From Gemmatimonadota bacterium (GTDB taxonomy: Bacteria; Gemmatimonadota; Gemmatimonadetes; Gemmatimonadales; GWC2-71-9), in assembly GCA_003221035.1 (NCBI GenBank), contig QHUB01000013.1, positions 23,259-87,258 on the forward strand: DNA of 64,000 nucleotides, read 5' to 3'. The stretch's first letter is position 1, and each line of letters starts with the position of its first letter. The notes under the pieces were generated by a model. It was not told where the DNA came from, searched no databases, and was given only the letters and a program-made list of their open reading frames with translations. A program made the position numbers and the translations under genes. Positions 20,685-30,439 of this stretch are shown here, piece by piece.

Positions 20685-21905
20685 ATGCTGATCGGTGAGA
20701 TCATTCACGTTGCGTTGCAGGCGATCCGCGCCAACAAGTTGCGGTCTTTCCTGACGATGCTGGGGATCATCATCGGCGTCGGCGCGGTCATTACCATGGT
20801 CGCGCTCGGCACCGGGGCGCAGAAGGCAGTGCAGGCACGAATTGCGGCGCTGGGGCCGACGCTGCTGTCCGTCTATCCCGGCCAGGCGTTTCGCGGCGGC
20901 ATCGCGATCGACTTCGGCTCGCGCGTCAGCCTCACCGTGGATGACGCCGACTCCCTGGCCGCCAATGCGGGTCATACCAGGGCCGTCGTGCCTGAGCTGA
21001 CCCGCAATCTGCAGATCAAACGGGCCGGCCAGAACTCGAACGTGAACATCGTCGGGACGACGCCGAACTATCCGGCGGTCAAGAACTACACGCTGACCGC
21101 GGGGCGGATGTTTTCCGCGGGTGAGAACGAAGGGCGCCGGCGCCTCGCCGTGCTGGGGTCGGCCATACCCGACATGTTCAACGCGAATCCCGCCGCGATG
21201 ATCGGGCAGGAGATCCAGATCCGCGGCATTCCGTTCGAGATCATTGGCGTGCTGTCGTCCAAAGGCTCCGCAGGAGGGTTCGGCAATCCGGACGAGCAGG
21301 TCCTGATTCCGCTGCAGACGGCGCGGTATCGCATCATGGGCACGGACCGGTTGCGCACGATCACTGTGGACGCGGCCGACGTGCAGCAGATGACGTTGAC
21401 GATGATCGAGATCGAGCGCGTGCTGCGGAAGGAGCACAAGATCCGTCCCGGCGGCGAGAACGACTTCCAGATCCGCAATCAGTCCGACATTCTCGCGACG
21501 TTCCAGGATACCACCAAGACGTTCACGTATCTGCTCGCCGGTATCGCCGCGGTGAGTCTCCTCGTCGGCGGCATCGGGATCATGAACATCATGCTCGTGT
21601 CGGTGACCGAGCGGACCCGCGAAATCGGTGTGCGCAAGGCGCTCGGTGCGACCCGATTCAACATCCTGTTTCAGTTCCTGGTCGAGGCGCTGGTCCTCTG
21701 CCTGGTCGGCGGGATCCTCGGCATCCTGTTCGGGACCTTTGGCGCCATCGGGCTCTCGTCGTTCCTGCACTGGAACACGTCGATCAACGTGCTCGCGATT
21801 CTCGCGGCCTTTTTCTTCAGCGCCATGGTAGGCCTGTTTTTCGGGATCTGGCCGGCGCGACGGGCGGCACGGCTCGATCCCATCGTGGCGCTGCGGTACG
21901 AATAG
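20685..21905 (+). CDS. ABC transporter permease (MacB-type FtsX domain)
   Basis: N-terminal TM, periplasmic MacB_PCD-like domain, and a C-terminal FtsX 3-TM bundle with TERTREIGVRKALGA motif. Confidence 0.9.
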   Translation: MLIGEIIHVALQAIRANKLRSFLTMLGIIIGVGAVITMVALGTGAQKAVQARIAALGPTLLSVYPGQAFRGGIAIDFGSRVSLTVDDADSLAANAGHTRAVVPELTRNLQIKRAGQNSNVNIVGTTPNYPAVKNYTLTAGRMFSAGENEGRRRLAVLGSAIPDMFNANPAAMIGQEIQIRGIPFEIIGVLSSKGSAGGFGNPDEQVLIPLQTARYRIMGTDRLRTITVDAADVQQMTLTMIEIERVLRKEHKIRPGGENDFQIRNQSDILATFQDTTKTFTYLLAGIAAVSLLVGGIGIMNIMLVSVTERTREIGVRKALGATRFNILFQFLVEALVLCLVGGILGILFGTFGAIGLSSFLHWNTSINVLAILAAFFFSAMVGLFFGIWPARRAARLDPIVALRYE

Positions 21906-21924
21906 TCGGCATAAACGGGAGAAA

Positions 21925-21966
21925 GGAGATGGGAGAAGGACCGTACATCTCCCTTCTCACTTCTCC
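21925..21966 (+). terminator. imperfect 15-bp hairpin after the efflux operon (possible terminator/attenuator)
   Basis: ggagatgggagaagg (21925-21939) pairs with ccttctcacttctcc (21952-21966) at 13 of 15 positions, with a 12-nt loop. It is followed by cgctcttagtttgg, which is only moderately T-rich. Confidence 0.35.
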
Positions 21967-21984
21967 CGCTCTTAGTTTGGTTCC

Positions 21985-24309
21985 ATGCTCGCCGTTCTCT
22001 TTCTTCTCGTTCAGTCGCCAGGCGCACAGCAGGCAGTCTACGACGGCCGTCTTCGGCAAATCAGCGTCACCATTCCGCGCATCGATGCGTCCGTGCGAGT
22101 CGACGGCGTGCTGGACGATGCCGTATGGCGCGAGGCGGCGCTGCTCAAGGGGTTTACGCAGTACCGGCCGGTCGATAGCCGGCCGGCGGCCGATTCGACC
22201 GACGTCTTCGTCTTCTACGCGCCCGATGCGATTTACTTCGGGATCCGCGCCTACGAGGTCCATGGCGAGGTCGTGCGGGCGACGCTCGCCGATCGCGACA
22301 ACATCGACGCCGATGACAATATTCAGATTCTGCTCGACACCTTCCACGATCGACGCCGGGCATTGCTGTTCGCCGTGAATCCGCTGGGCGCGCAGCAGGA
22401 CGGCGTGCGCAGCGAAGGACTCGCGGGAGCGGCGGGCGGCGCGAGCGCCGGATTTCGGTTCGACGGCGTCGTGGACCTGAACCCCGACTACGTCTATCAG
22501 TCGCACGGCCGTCTCACGCCGTTCGGCTTCGAAGTCGAGGTGCGAATTCCGTTCAAGAGCCTGCGCTACCAGAGCGGCGAGAAGCAGGACTGGGGGATTC
22601 AGATCATCCGCCTCACGCAGCATACGGGCTACGAGGATACCTGGGCGCCCACCGTGCGGTCGAATGCCAGCTTCCTCATTCAGTCGGGTACGCTGCAAGC
22701 GCTGACGGGACTCAAACGGGGTCTCGTCATGGACGTGACGCCCGAATTCACGTCGCGCGTCGAGGGCGAGCGGATGTCGGATACCGAGTACCAGTACGGA
22801 AACATCGAGCCCGCGTTCGGCGGAACCGTGCGGTGGGGCGTCACACAAAACCTCACGGCCGCCGGCACGGTGAATCCGGACTTCTCCCAGGTCGAAGCGG
22901 ACGTGGGACGGGTGACGGTGAACGAGCGGTTCGCGCTGTTCTACCCGGAGAAGCGGCCCTTCTTCCTTGAAGGACTCGAGCAGTTCGATACACCGAACTC
23001 GCTGATCTATACGCGACGCATCAATGCGCCGATTGGTGGCGTCAAGCTCACCGGCAAAATCGGGCCCACCGGCATCGCGTACATCGGTGCGCTGGACGAC
23101 CGGCCCTTCTCGCCAACGAACGATTACCCCTTCTTCAATCTGCTCAGACTGCGGCGCGACCTCGGCGCGAATTCGACGGTGGGGGCCGTCTACACGGACC
23201 GGATCGATGGCGGCGCGTGGAACCGGGTGCTCGGCGCGGATACCCGATTCATCTGGCGCAAGCTCTGGTACTCTACGGCGCAATTCGTCGGTTCGTGGAC
23301 CAAGGACTCGACCGGCACCGGGGGGGGCGTGCGGTCCGGTGAGCTGTGGGACGTCACCCTCTATGACCGCACGGGATACTCCTACGGTAATCACGCGGAG
23401 ATCCTGGGCGTCAGCCCCGAGTTCGACGCGCAGAGCGGGTTCGTCAATCGTGTGAACATCGTGCATGGCCGGTTGTTCAATCGCTTCACGTGGTACGGCA
23501 AACCGGGCGCGCGGCTCGAGAACACCACCACCTTCATCGGGATCGAGCCGATCTGGCATTACGACGATTTCTTCAAGCTCAAGAGCACGATCGAAGGAAC
23601 CCTCTCGCAGCGTGTGCTCCTGACGATGCGCGGCGGATGGGTCGGGACCTTGTACTGGCAGGTCGCGCATCAGCGATTCGACTCAGTCGATTACGCCGGC
23701 TACCAGATCGATTCGGCCGGCACCTCCCGGCCATTCGCGCCTCCTCCGAGCCTCTACAACCTGTGGGGAGGCCTCACCGACCTCACGACGCCGAATCGCG
23801 CGCTGAAGGCGGAAATCAGCATCGGCTACCAAGCCACCCCGATCTTTGCGGAGGGGTCGGAAGGCCGGGCGCTCAACGTCCTGCTCGCGCTCTCGTGGAA
23901 ACCGACGTCTTCGCTGCGCTTCGAGGGCCAGTGGCCGCACCAGCTCATCCACCGAGCGCAGGGCAGCAGCTGGTTTTCGACCGCGAACGTGCCCCGTCTC
24001 AAGGTTGAGTATCAGCTGACGCGCGACATCTTTTTCCGATACGTGGGACAGTACCTGGCACAGGTGCGCGACACGCTGCGCGACCCGCGCAGCGGAAATC
24101 CGTTGATCGTCGACGGGATCGCGCCGGCGCGCGTCACACAAACAGAGTTTCGGAACGACCTGCTTTTCTCCTACAAGCCCACCCCGGGCACCGTCTTCTT
24201 CGTCGGCTACGGATCGTCGCTGACCGAAGCCGATCCGTTCAGCTTCAGCAACTTGACGCGCACCGCAGACGGCTTCTTCCTGAAGGCCAGTTACCTGTTC
24301 CGGATGTGA
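21985..24309 (+). CDS. DUF5916 / CBM9-like domain outer-membrane protein
   Basis: Signal-like N-terminus. [21 protein letters not shown]9-type start, then a long beta-rich region ending [12 protein letters not shown]. Confidence 0.65.
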   Translation: MLAVLFLLVQSPGAQQAVYDGRLRQISVTIPRIDASVRVDGVLDDAVWREAALLKGFTQYRPVDSRPAADSTDVFVFYAPDAIYFGIRAYEVHGEVVRATLADRDNIDADDNIQILLDTFHDRRRALLFAVNPLGAQQDGVRSEGLAGAAGGASAGFRFDGVVDLNPDYVYQSHGRLTPFGFEVEVRIPFKSLRYQSGEKQDWGIQIIRLTQHTGYEDTWAPTVRSNASFLIQSGTLQALTGLKRGLVMDVTPEFTSRVEGERMSDTEYQYGNIEPAFGGTVRWGVTQNLTAAGTVNPDFSQVEADVGRVTVNERFALFYPEKRPFFLEGLEQFDTPNSLIYTRRINAPIGGVKLTGKIGPTGIAYIGALDDRPFSPTNDYPFFNLLRLRRDLGANSTVGAVYTDRIDGGAWNRVLGADTRFIWRKLWYSTAQFVGSWTKDSTGTGGGVRSGELWDVTLYDRTGYSYGNHAEILGVSPEFDAQSGFVNRVNIVHGRLFNRFTWYGKPGARLENTTTFIGIEPIWHYDDFFKLKSTIEGTLSQRVLLTMRGGWVGTLYWQVAHQRFDSVDYAGYQIDSAGTSRPFAPPPSLYNLWGGLTDLTTPNRALKAEISIGYQATPIFAEGSEGRALNVLLALSWKPTSSLRFEGQWPHQLIHRAQGSSWFSTANVPRLKVEYQLTRDIFFRYVGQYLAQVRDTLRDPRSGNPLIVDGIAPARVTQTEFRNDLLFSYKPTPGTVFFVGYGSSLTEADPFSFSNLTRTADGFFLKASYLFRM

Positions 24310-25916
24310 TGACACTCGAGCACCAACTCCTCGAGGAGCGGCTGGCGAAGCAGCGCCAGTACGTGGTGTCGAACACGCGCGCGCGCTGGGGGTTCGTGGG
24401 ATTCGGGATCGCTCTGCTCATCGCGGTCCGGCTTGTGGGGCTGACGCCGATCTCGTGGCCGTTCATCATGGTGTTCGCCGTGGGCTTCGCCGGAGCGAAT
24501 GCCGCCATGCGTCGCCTCGTCGCGCGCGGCGACTTTCAGCCGTGGTACGCACAGCTCAATCTCGTCATTGGGTGTCTGCTGATCTCCGCCGTGCTGTTCG
24601 CGATCGGACCGAGCGGGCACATCCTGTACGGCGCCTACCTGATCGCACCGCTGCAAGCCGCCCTGTACCTCGAGCGCCGTGAAGCCTGGGGCGCGCTGAT
24701 CATCAACCTGACGGCATTTACCCTGTTGACGGCGCTCGCGCAGCTCACGGGACACGGCTGGAGCTGGGGCTTTTATCTCCAGGAGAGTCTGGTCCTCGTG
24801 TTCGCCTGCGTCGCGCTCGTGCCGATGCTCGTGCAGATCGTCGATCGCCTGCGCACGGCCCGCAGCGTGCTCGCCGAGATCGAGCGCGGTGATCTCCGGC
24901 GGCAGATCAACGGCGGCGCCGAGAACGCCACAGACGAGCTCGGCTTCCTGAGTGTGAGCGTCAATCGCATGACGGCGTCCATCGCCGACATCATTCGCGA
25001 GATCGGCCGGCAGGGCGGCGCGCTGGCGGCCATGGCGCGCGGGCTCGCCACCGCGGCGCGCGAGCTCCAGACCGCGTCCCAGTCGATTTCGACTACGACG
25101 TTGCAGCTCTCCGAAGGAACGGAGCGCCAGCGGCAGTTGATCGGCTATGGGCGTCAGGATTCCGAGGCGGCCAGCGGGCTGGCCAGCACGCTGCACGTCC
25201 GGGCGCAGGAAGCGGAACGGCAAATCAGCGACATCGCCGTGCAGGCGCACAAGCGCGGCGAAGAGGTCGCGCGCGCCGGGACGCTCCTGATGAATCTGAT
25301 CGTGCACATGGATTACGCGGCGGACGTAGCCGGCGAGCTCGACCGCGAGTCGCGCGAGATCGGCAAACTGGTGGACGGCATCACGCGCATCGCGAGCCAG
25401 ACCGATCTCCTGGCGCTCAACGCGGCGATCGAAGCCGCCCGCGCCGGCGAACACGGGCTCGGCTTCCGCGTGGTAGCCGGTGAAGTGCGCAAGCTCGCCG
25501 AGCAAAGCTCGCGCTCGGCGGAAGAAGTCCGGACCCGCGTGCGCTCGACGCAGGAGCAGATCCATCGCGTCGTCGAAGCGATGAACCAGGGTCGCGAAGC
25601 CGCGAAAGGCGTGGGCACCCTCGCGACGACGGTACAGACGGCGCTCGATGCGATCTTCGGCGACCTGAACTCCACCGTCCGGTTCGCCACGACGTTCGCG
25701 GCCGAGACCGAGAACCAGACCAAGCGGATGCGTGAGGTGTTGCGGCGGATGGAGGAAGTCGCGGCGATCGCGGAGGGCGCGGCGAGCGGCGCGCGGCAGA
25801 CCTCCGCCGCGACGGCCCAGCAGATCGCGTCGCTCAACGCGCTGACGGCGACATCGCAGCATATCTCCGATGCCGCGGCAACACTCTCAGAGACGATTCA
25901 GCGCTTTCGCGCGTAG
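24306..25916 (+). CDS. methyl-accepting chemotaxis protein with polytopic membrane N-terminus
   Basis: GTGA overlap with the upstream gene. About six predicted TM helices, a HAMP-like segment and the MCP signalling hairpin [40 protein letters not shown]. Confidence 0.85.
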   Translation: MMTLEHQLLEERLAKQRQYVVSNTRARWGFVGFGIALLIAVRLVGLTPISWPFIMVFAVGFAGANAAMRRLVARGDFQPWYAQLNLVIGCLLISAVLFAIGPSGHILYGAYLIAPLQAALYLERREAWGALIINLTAFTLLTALAQLTGHGWSWGFYLQESLVLVFACVALVPMLVQIVDRLRTARSVLAEIERGDLRRQINGGAENATDELGFLSVSVNRMTASIADIIREIGRQGGALAAMARGLATAARELQTASQSISTTTLQLSEGTERQRQLIGYGRQDSEAASGLASTLHVRAQEAERQISDIAVQAHKRGEEVARAGTLLMNLIVHMDYAADVAGELDRESREIGKLVDGITRIASQTDLLALNAAIEAARAGEHGLGFRVVAGEVRKLAEQSSRSAEEVRTRVRSTQEQIHRVVEAMNQGREAAKGVGTLATTVQTALDAIFGDLNSTVRFATTFAAETENQTKRMREVLRRMEEVAAIAEGAASGARQTSAATAQQIASLNALTATSQHISDAAATLSETIQRFRA

Positions 25917-27227
25917 GGCGCGCGCGTGCGTGTTGGCCTGCCGGCGAACGGCGCCAAGGTCCGCCGTCTTCAGATCGCCGTCGCGGACAACGATCCGGCC
26001 GTCCACGATCACGTGGCGCACGTCCGCGGCGCGGGCACTGTAGACAATTCGCGACATCAGGTCCGCATTGTCGGGTTGCGCGTGCGGCCCGTCCAGATCG
26101 AGCACGATCAGGTCCGCGCGCTTCCCCACCTCGATCGATCCAATGTCCGCTTCAAGTCCCAGCGCGCGCGCGCCACCCAGTGTGGCGAGCTCGAGCGCCT
26201 GCGCCGCGGGCAGCGCGTCGGGGCCGAGGCGCGGCTTCTGGATCAGCGCGGCGAGCCGCATCTCCGAAAAGGCGTCGAGGCGATTGTTGCACGGCGCGCC
26301 GTCGGCGCCGATACCGACGCGGCAGCCCGCCGCGAGCATCTCCGGAATCGGCGCGATGCCGCTGCCAAGCTTCAGGTTCGAGCTGGGACAGTGCACGATG
26401 TTGGTGCGTTGCCGCGCGAGCACGGCGATGTCGTCCTTGTCCACCCAGACGCAGTGCGCGAGCGCGGCGCGCGGACCCGAGATCCCGACGGAGTCGAGAT
26501 AGGCGATTTCGTCGTGGCCGGTCTCCCGTTTCACCGTCTCGAGCTCGAGCGGCGTCTCCGCCGCGTGCGTGTGTATCATCGCGCCGGATCGCTCGGCGAG
26601 ATCGCTCACCGCGCGCAGCAACGGACCGGTACAGCTCGGCGCAAAGCGCGGGGCAAAGCAATAGCGCAGCCGGCCGTCGGCCGCTCCATGCCACTTGCCG
26701 CACAAATCGACGCTTTCGGTCAGGGCTCGATCGGTGGACTCGCGCAGCGCGGCCGGACTCGTCGGCGAATCCATCAGGCATTTCCCTGCCGTCGCGCGAA
26801 TGCCGATTGTCTCGAGCGCCTCGAACACCGCGCCCGTGTGTCGCACGGTCTCCATGGCGAGGATCGCCGTGGTGCCCCCCAGCAAGAGCTCGGCGGCGCC
26901 GAGCATGGCGGAGGCGTGGAGTGAGGCTTCCGTGTGCGCGGCTTCGAGCGGCCAGATGCGTTGGGCCAGCCAGGCCTCGAGCGACAAATCGTCTGCAAGC
27001 CCGCGAAAGAGTGTCTGGCAAAGATGGATGTGTGCCTGAACCAACCCCGGAAGGACGACAAGTCCCGTACAGTCAATTGTTGGTTTCGACCGTCCAGCCG
27101 TCCGACGATCAGACCGTCCCACGGTCTTGATGCGTCCATCCTCGACCAGCACGTCCGCATCCAGCACGCGCCGGGACGCGTCCATCGTCACCACACGGCC
27201 GCCGCGCAGCAGCAACGCTGTGCTCAA
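25887..27227 (-). CDS. amidohydrolase (MTA/SAH deaminase / chlorohydrolase family)
   Basis: [12 protein letters not shown] metal-binding HxH, HTHAAET, and HCVW...D. Convergent 30-nt overlap with the MCP gene. Confidence 0.8.
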   Translation of the reverse strand: MSTALLLRGGRVVTMDASRRVLDADVLVEDGRIKTVGRSDRRTAGRSKPTIDCTGLVVLPGLVQAHIHLCQTLFRGLADDLSLEAWLAQRIWPLEAAHTEASLHASAMLGAAELLLGGTTAILAMETVRHTGAVFEALETIGIRATAGKCLMDSPTSPAALRESTDRALTESVDLCGKWHGAADGRLRYCFAPRFAPSCTGPLLRAVSDLAERSGAMIHTHAAETPLELETVKRETGHDEIAYLDSVGISGPRAALAHCVWVDKDDIAVLARQRTNIVHCPSSNLKLGSGIAPIPEMLAAGCRVGIGADGAPCNNRLDAFSEMRLAALIQKPRLGPDALPAAQALELATLGGARALGLEADIGSIEVGKRADLIVLDLDGPHAQPDNADLMSRIVYSARAADVRHVIVDGRIVVRDGDLKTADLGAVRRQANTHARALRAKALNRL

Positions 27228-28027
27228 GGAAGTTTTAGCAGCTCGGTGGGATCAAACGAGACCGTGCCGTATTGCGCTCCCCAGTGCAGATGTGGTCCGG
27301 TCACGCGCCCCGTCGCGCCGACCTTTCCGATGAGCTGGCCGCGCTCGACGGTGTCACCGACCGCGACGAGGGCGCGGCTCAGGTGATGATAGACCGTCAT
27401 GAGGCCGTCGCCGTGGTGTACGTACACGGAAATGCCGCCATAGAAGAAGTGGCCCACGAGCGCCACCACGCCGCGATTGGCCACGCGCACCGGTGCCCCC
27501 TTCGGTCCGGCAATATCCAATCCATAGTGCCGGGTGCGCCACACGCCGTTCACCTGGCGACCAGAGCCGAACAGGCTCGTGATCCGCGCCGAGCGCGGGC
27601 GAATGAACGGCTGACTCCAGAGGCGTGGCACCATATGGGCACGCCGCGCCGCGTCTCGCGACAGGACGCGCTCGGCGTCGATCCGCGCCTCGAGCGCGCT
27701 GTCGGGCGCCGCCGTGTAACGGTCGTCCGCGCGGACCTGCTCGTTGACCGGCACCTTGCGCTCCGCGACGGGCACAAACGCGCTATGTCCGATCACGGCG
27801 CCGTCCCAGCGAATCGAAAGTGTTTGAACGCGGATCGAGTCGCTCGTGGTCAGCGGGATGGCGGCGAGCGCTTTGCCGTCGCGAAAATGCAGCGGCTCAC
27901 CGGCGACTTGCCCGGTGATCGCGCCGGGGGCCGACACGACGATGAGCGTGCCCTGGCGCGGCGTGGCAGGTTGCCAGGTGAAGTCTTGTACACACAGAGC
28001 CGCACCCGCCAGCAGCCACAGCATCAC
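27224..28027 (-). CDS. M23 family metallopeptidase
   Basis: HYGLDIAGPKGAPV, VYVHHGDGLMTVYHHL and GATGRVTGPHLHW motifs. 4-nt overlaps with both neighbouring genes. Confidence 0.85.
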   Translation of the reverse strand: MMLWLLAGAALCVQDFTWQPATPRQGTLIVVSAPGAITGQVAGEPLHFRDGKALAAIPLTTSDSIRVQTLSIRWDGAVIGHSAFVPVAERKVPVNEQVRADDRYTAAPDSALEARIDAERVLSRDAARRAHMVPRLWSQPFIRPRSARITSLFGSGRQVNGVWRTRHYGLDIAGPKGAPVRVANRGVVALVGHFFYGGISVYVHHGDGLMTVYHHLSRALVAVGDTVERGQLIGKVGATGRVTGPHLHWGAQYGTVSFDPTELLKLP

Positions 28028-28551
28028 GTCGAAACCCGTGACCTCGCGGCCGACGTGTCGCTCGGGGGCAGGTCGAAGTACGCCTCGATTTCGTCGAGGA
28101 GCTCGTCGTCGTCATAGAGACCGGCGAGAATCCGCTCCGCCGTACCTGGTTCGATGAGCACGTAGCCGAACGGGTAGTCGAGTCCGTTGAGCAGGATCAT
28201 GCGGCGCTGTTTGTTCGGCAAAGCGACGTAGATCGTGTCGGAGTTGGTGGGCATCAGCGCGATCTTGTGGTCGCGCAAGGTGGACGAAATGGCCTCGGTC
28301 GTAGAATTCAGCTCGTCGAGCGCCTCCGCCTGGTCGTCAGCCGTGAAGGTATCGGCCGCCGCGGTCCAGAACACGATGACCGTCAGGCCTGTCACGACGC
28401 GCGGCGTGAGCAGCGTGCTGTCGGCGGAATCGGCCGGCGTCATGTCGGCGTATGTCGTGGTGTCGGCGTCTCCCGTCGTAACGGCGGGTGACGCGTGTTG
28501 CGACCGGCACGATGCCAGTAGGACGATGAGAAACACCGTTGCCGCACGCAT
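28024..28551 (-). CDS. hypothetical lipoprotein
   Basis: Start moved to ATG 28551 (MRAATVFLIVLLASC lipobox). 4-nt overlap with the M23 gene. Confidence 0.5.
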   Translation of the reverse strand: MRAATVFLIVLLASCRSQHASPAVTTGDADTTTYADMTPADSADSTLLTPRVVTGLTVIVFWTAAADTFTADDQAEALDELNSTTEAISSTLRDHKIALMPTNSDTIYVALPNKQRRMILLNGLDYPFGYVLIEPGTAERILAGLYDDDELLDEIEAYFDLPPSDTSAARSRVST

Positions 28552-28572
28552 GGCTCGCAATATACTTAGCCC
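28552..28572. promoter_or_regulatory. 21-bp divergent gap with face-to-face -10 boxes (leaderless geometry on both strands)
   Basis: Plus strand: TATACT (28561-28566), then 6 nt, then ATG 28573. Minus strand: TATATT (complement of 28559-28564), then 7 nt, then ATG at 28551. Confidence 0.4.
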
Positions 28573-29256
28573 ATGACCGCCCCGACCGGGCCTCCCCCGG
28601 TGAAGCGCCACCATTGGATCGTCCGGCTCACGCATTGGCTTACGTTCGTGCTGCTCGCCGGCATGGTCATGAGCGGGCTACAGATCTATGCGGCGTACGC
28701 GCGATTCGGCGAGCGCGGCGGTCCCTACTACGCACCAAATCCATTCGAGAACAAAGCCTTTCCCGCCACCGTGCGGCTCGGCGGCTGGCTCGCGGGCGGA
28801 TTGAATTGGCATTTCACCCTGATGTGGCCTCTGGTCATCGGCGGCGTCCTGTACGTCGCGTATCTCGTGGCAAGCGGCGAATGGCGGTCGCTCGTGTTTC
28901 GGCCGCGCGACGTGAGGGGTGCTATCGAGATGCAGAAGTACTACCTGCGGCTGCGCCGGGAGCATCCGCCGCAGGGGAAGCACAATCCGCTGCAAAAGCT
29001 CGCGTACTCGTTCATTATCCTGCTGGGCGTGCTATCGGTGCTCACGGGATTCGCGATCTATAAGCCCACTCAGTTGTCCTGGCTGACCGCGCTGTTCGGT
29101 GGCTTCCAGGCGGCGCGTTATTGGCACTTCTGGGCGGTCTGGATCTTTGTCGCATTTCTGATCGTGCACGTCATCCTCGTGTTCGTTGTCGATCCCGCGT
29201 CGCTGCGCGCGATGATCACCGGATGGTATCGAGGGAGGTTTCCGAGTCATGACTGA
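28573..29256 (+). CDS. cytochrome b (b561 / Ni-Fe-hydrogenase b-type subunit family) membrane protein
   Basis: Four TM helices with conserved His (HHWIVRLTHW..., HFTLMW, YWHFWAVW). Overlaps the downstream Mo-enzyme gene by 8 nt. Confidence 0.7.
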   Translation: MTAPTGPPPVKRHHWIVRLTHWLTFVLLAGMVMSGLQIYAAYARFGERGGPYYAPNPFENKAFPATVRLGGWLAGGLNWHFTLMWPLVIGGVLYVAYLVASGEWRSLVFRPRDVRGAIEMQKYYLRLRREHPPQGKHNPLQKLAYSFIILLGVLSVLTGFAIYKPTQLSWLTALFGGFQAARYWHFWAVWIFVAFLIVHVILVFVVDPASLRAMITGWYRGRFPSHD

Positions 29257-29995
29257 TTACAACGTACGACGCTACGACGGTACGTTGTACGACACGGATC
29301 GCCGGACATTCCTGAAGCTCGGCCTGGCAGCCGGCCTCGGCTCCATCGTAGCGGCCTGCGGGTGGGACGGCGGCAACGGCGTGCGGCCGCTGTTGTTGGA
29401 CGTCAGTCGACTGAACGACTGGGTGGGCGAGAAGATTCTGTTTTCCGAACGCCGGCTCGCGCCGCAGTACGACGTCGCCGAGCGAAGCGAGCGGCTGCCG
29501 AGCTATTTCATCTCTCCGGAGCTGCCGATGTTGCAGAATCCATCGGCATGGAGGCTGCAAGTCGGTGGTCTGGTGCGCCAGCCGTTGTCACTGTCCGTCG
29601 CCGATCTCCAGGCGCTGCCGCGGACGACATACACGGTGAAACACCATTGCGTCGAGGGCTGGAGTGCGATTGCAACATGGCACGGCGTCGCGGTATCGGT
29701 CGTGGCCGAGCGTGCCGGGCTGTTGCCGCAGGCGCGCTATGTGCGGTTCGATTCGTTCGACTCGGGCTATTTCAACGGCTGGGATCTCGCGAGCGCGATG
29801 CACCCGCAGACGATTCTTGCCTATGGCATGAATGACAACATCCTGCCGCCGACGCACGGCGCGCCGCTCCGGCTGTACTCGCCGACAAAGCTTGGGTACA
29901 AGATGACGAAGTACCTCGTGTCGATGACGTTCACGGCCGAGCGGCCGGGCGGATATTGGGAGGATCAGGGGTATCCATGGTTCGGAGGTGTGTAG
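29249..29995 (+). CDS. molybdopterin-dependent oxidoreductase (sulfite oxidase / YedY-MsrP fold)
   Basis: Twin-arginine-like DRRTFLKLGLAAG followed by lipobox-like VAACG. HHCVEGWSAIATWHGV Mo-ligand Cys motif, and GAPLRLY. Confidence 0.8.
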   Translation: MTDYNVRRYDGTLYDTDRRTFLKLGLAAGLGSIVAACGWDGGNGVRPLLLDVSRLNDWVGEKILFSERRLAPQYDVAERSERLPSYFISPELPMLQNPSAWRLQVGGLVRQPLSLSVADLQALPRTTYTVKHHCVEGWSAIATWHGVAVSVVAERAGLLPQARYVRFDSFDSGYFNGWDLASAMHPQTILAYGMNDNILPPTHGAPLRLYSPTKLGYKMTKYLVSMTFTAERPGGYWEDQGYPWFGGV

Positions 29996-29998
29996 CCT

Positions 29999-30439
29999 AT
30001 GAGCTCAACGAAGACCGCGTCATCCAGCACGGATACGAGCGCCCCGACCCGGAATCTCGAGTCGATCAGCCCGTTCTTCATCGTGAAGGATCTTCAGACG
30101 TCGATTTCCCACTACATCGAACGCTTCGGCTTCGAGCTCGCGTTCCAGGGGCCGGCGGACGATCCGTACTACGCTGGGGTGAAGCGAGACGGGATCACCG
30201 TCATGCTCAAGGCGATCACTCCCGATGTGCCGCCCCAGCCAAATCACACACGACACGAATGGGCTGGCTGGGATGCGTACGTCTACGCGTTGGACCCCGA
30301 CACGCTCTTCCAGGAGTTTCGCCGGCGCGGCGCGTCGTTTGTGAAGGAGTTGTCGTTCATCGACGACGGCTTGTGGGGGTTTGAGGTCACCGATGCGGAC
30401 GGGTATGTGCTGGCGTTCTTTCGGCTCCGCAACGAATAG
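29999..30439 (+). CDS. VOC (glyoxalase/bleomycin-resistance) family protein
   Basis: Paired beta-alpha-beta-beta-beta pattern: FFIVKDLQTSISHYIERFGFEL ... FEVTDADGYVLAFF. Confidence 0.7.
   Translation: MSSTKTASSSTDTSAPTRNLESISPFFIVKDLQTSISHYIERFGFELAFQGPADDPYYAGVKRDGITVMLKAITPDVPPQPNHTRHEWAGWDAYVYALDPDTLFQEFRRRGASFVKELSFIDDGLWGFEVTDADGYVLAFFRLRNE

Noticed and set aside
21817-23670. Very long antisense ORFs in the track. Examples: 21817..23670 -, 24291..25862 -, 13842..15119 -, 10227..11438 -, 20493..21770 -, 33272..34477 -, 45912..47087 -, 4988..6094 -.
   Set aside because: They lie opposite genes with clear family motifs. Their translations are Arg/Gly/Pro/Ala/His-rich with no motifs, as expected for shadow frames in high-G+C DNA.
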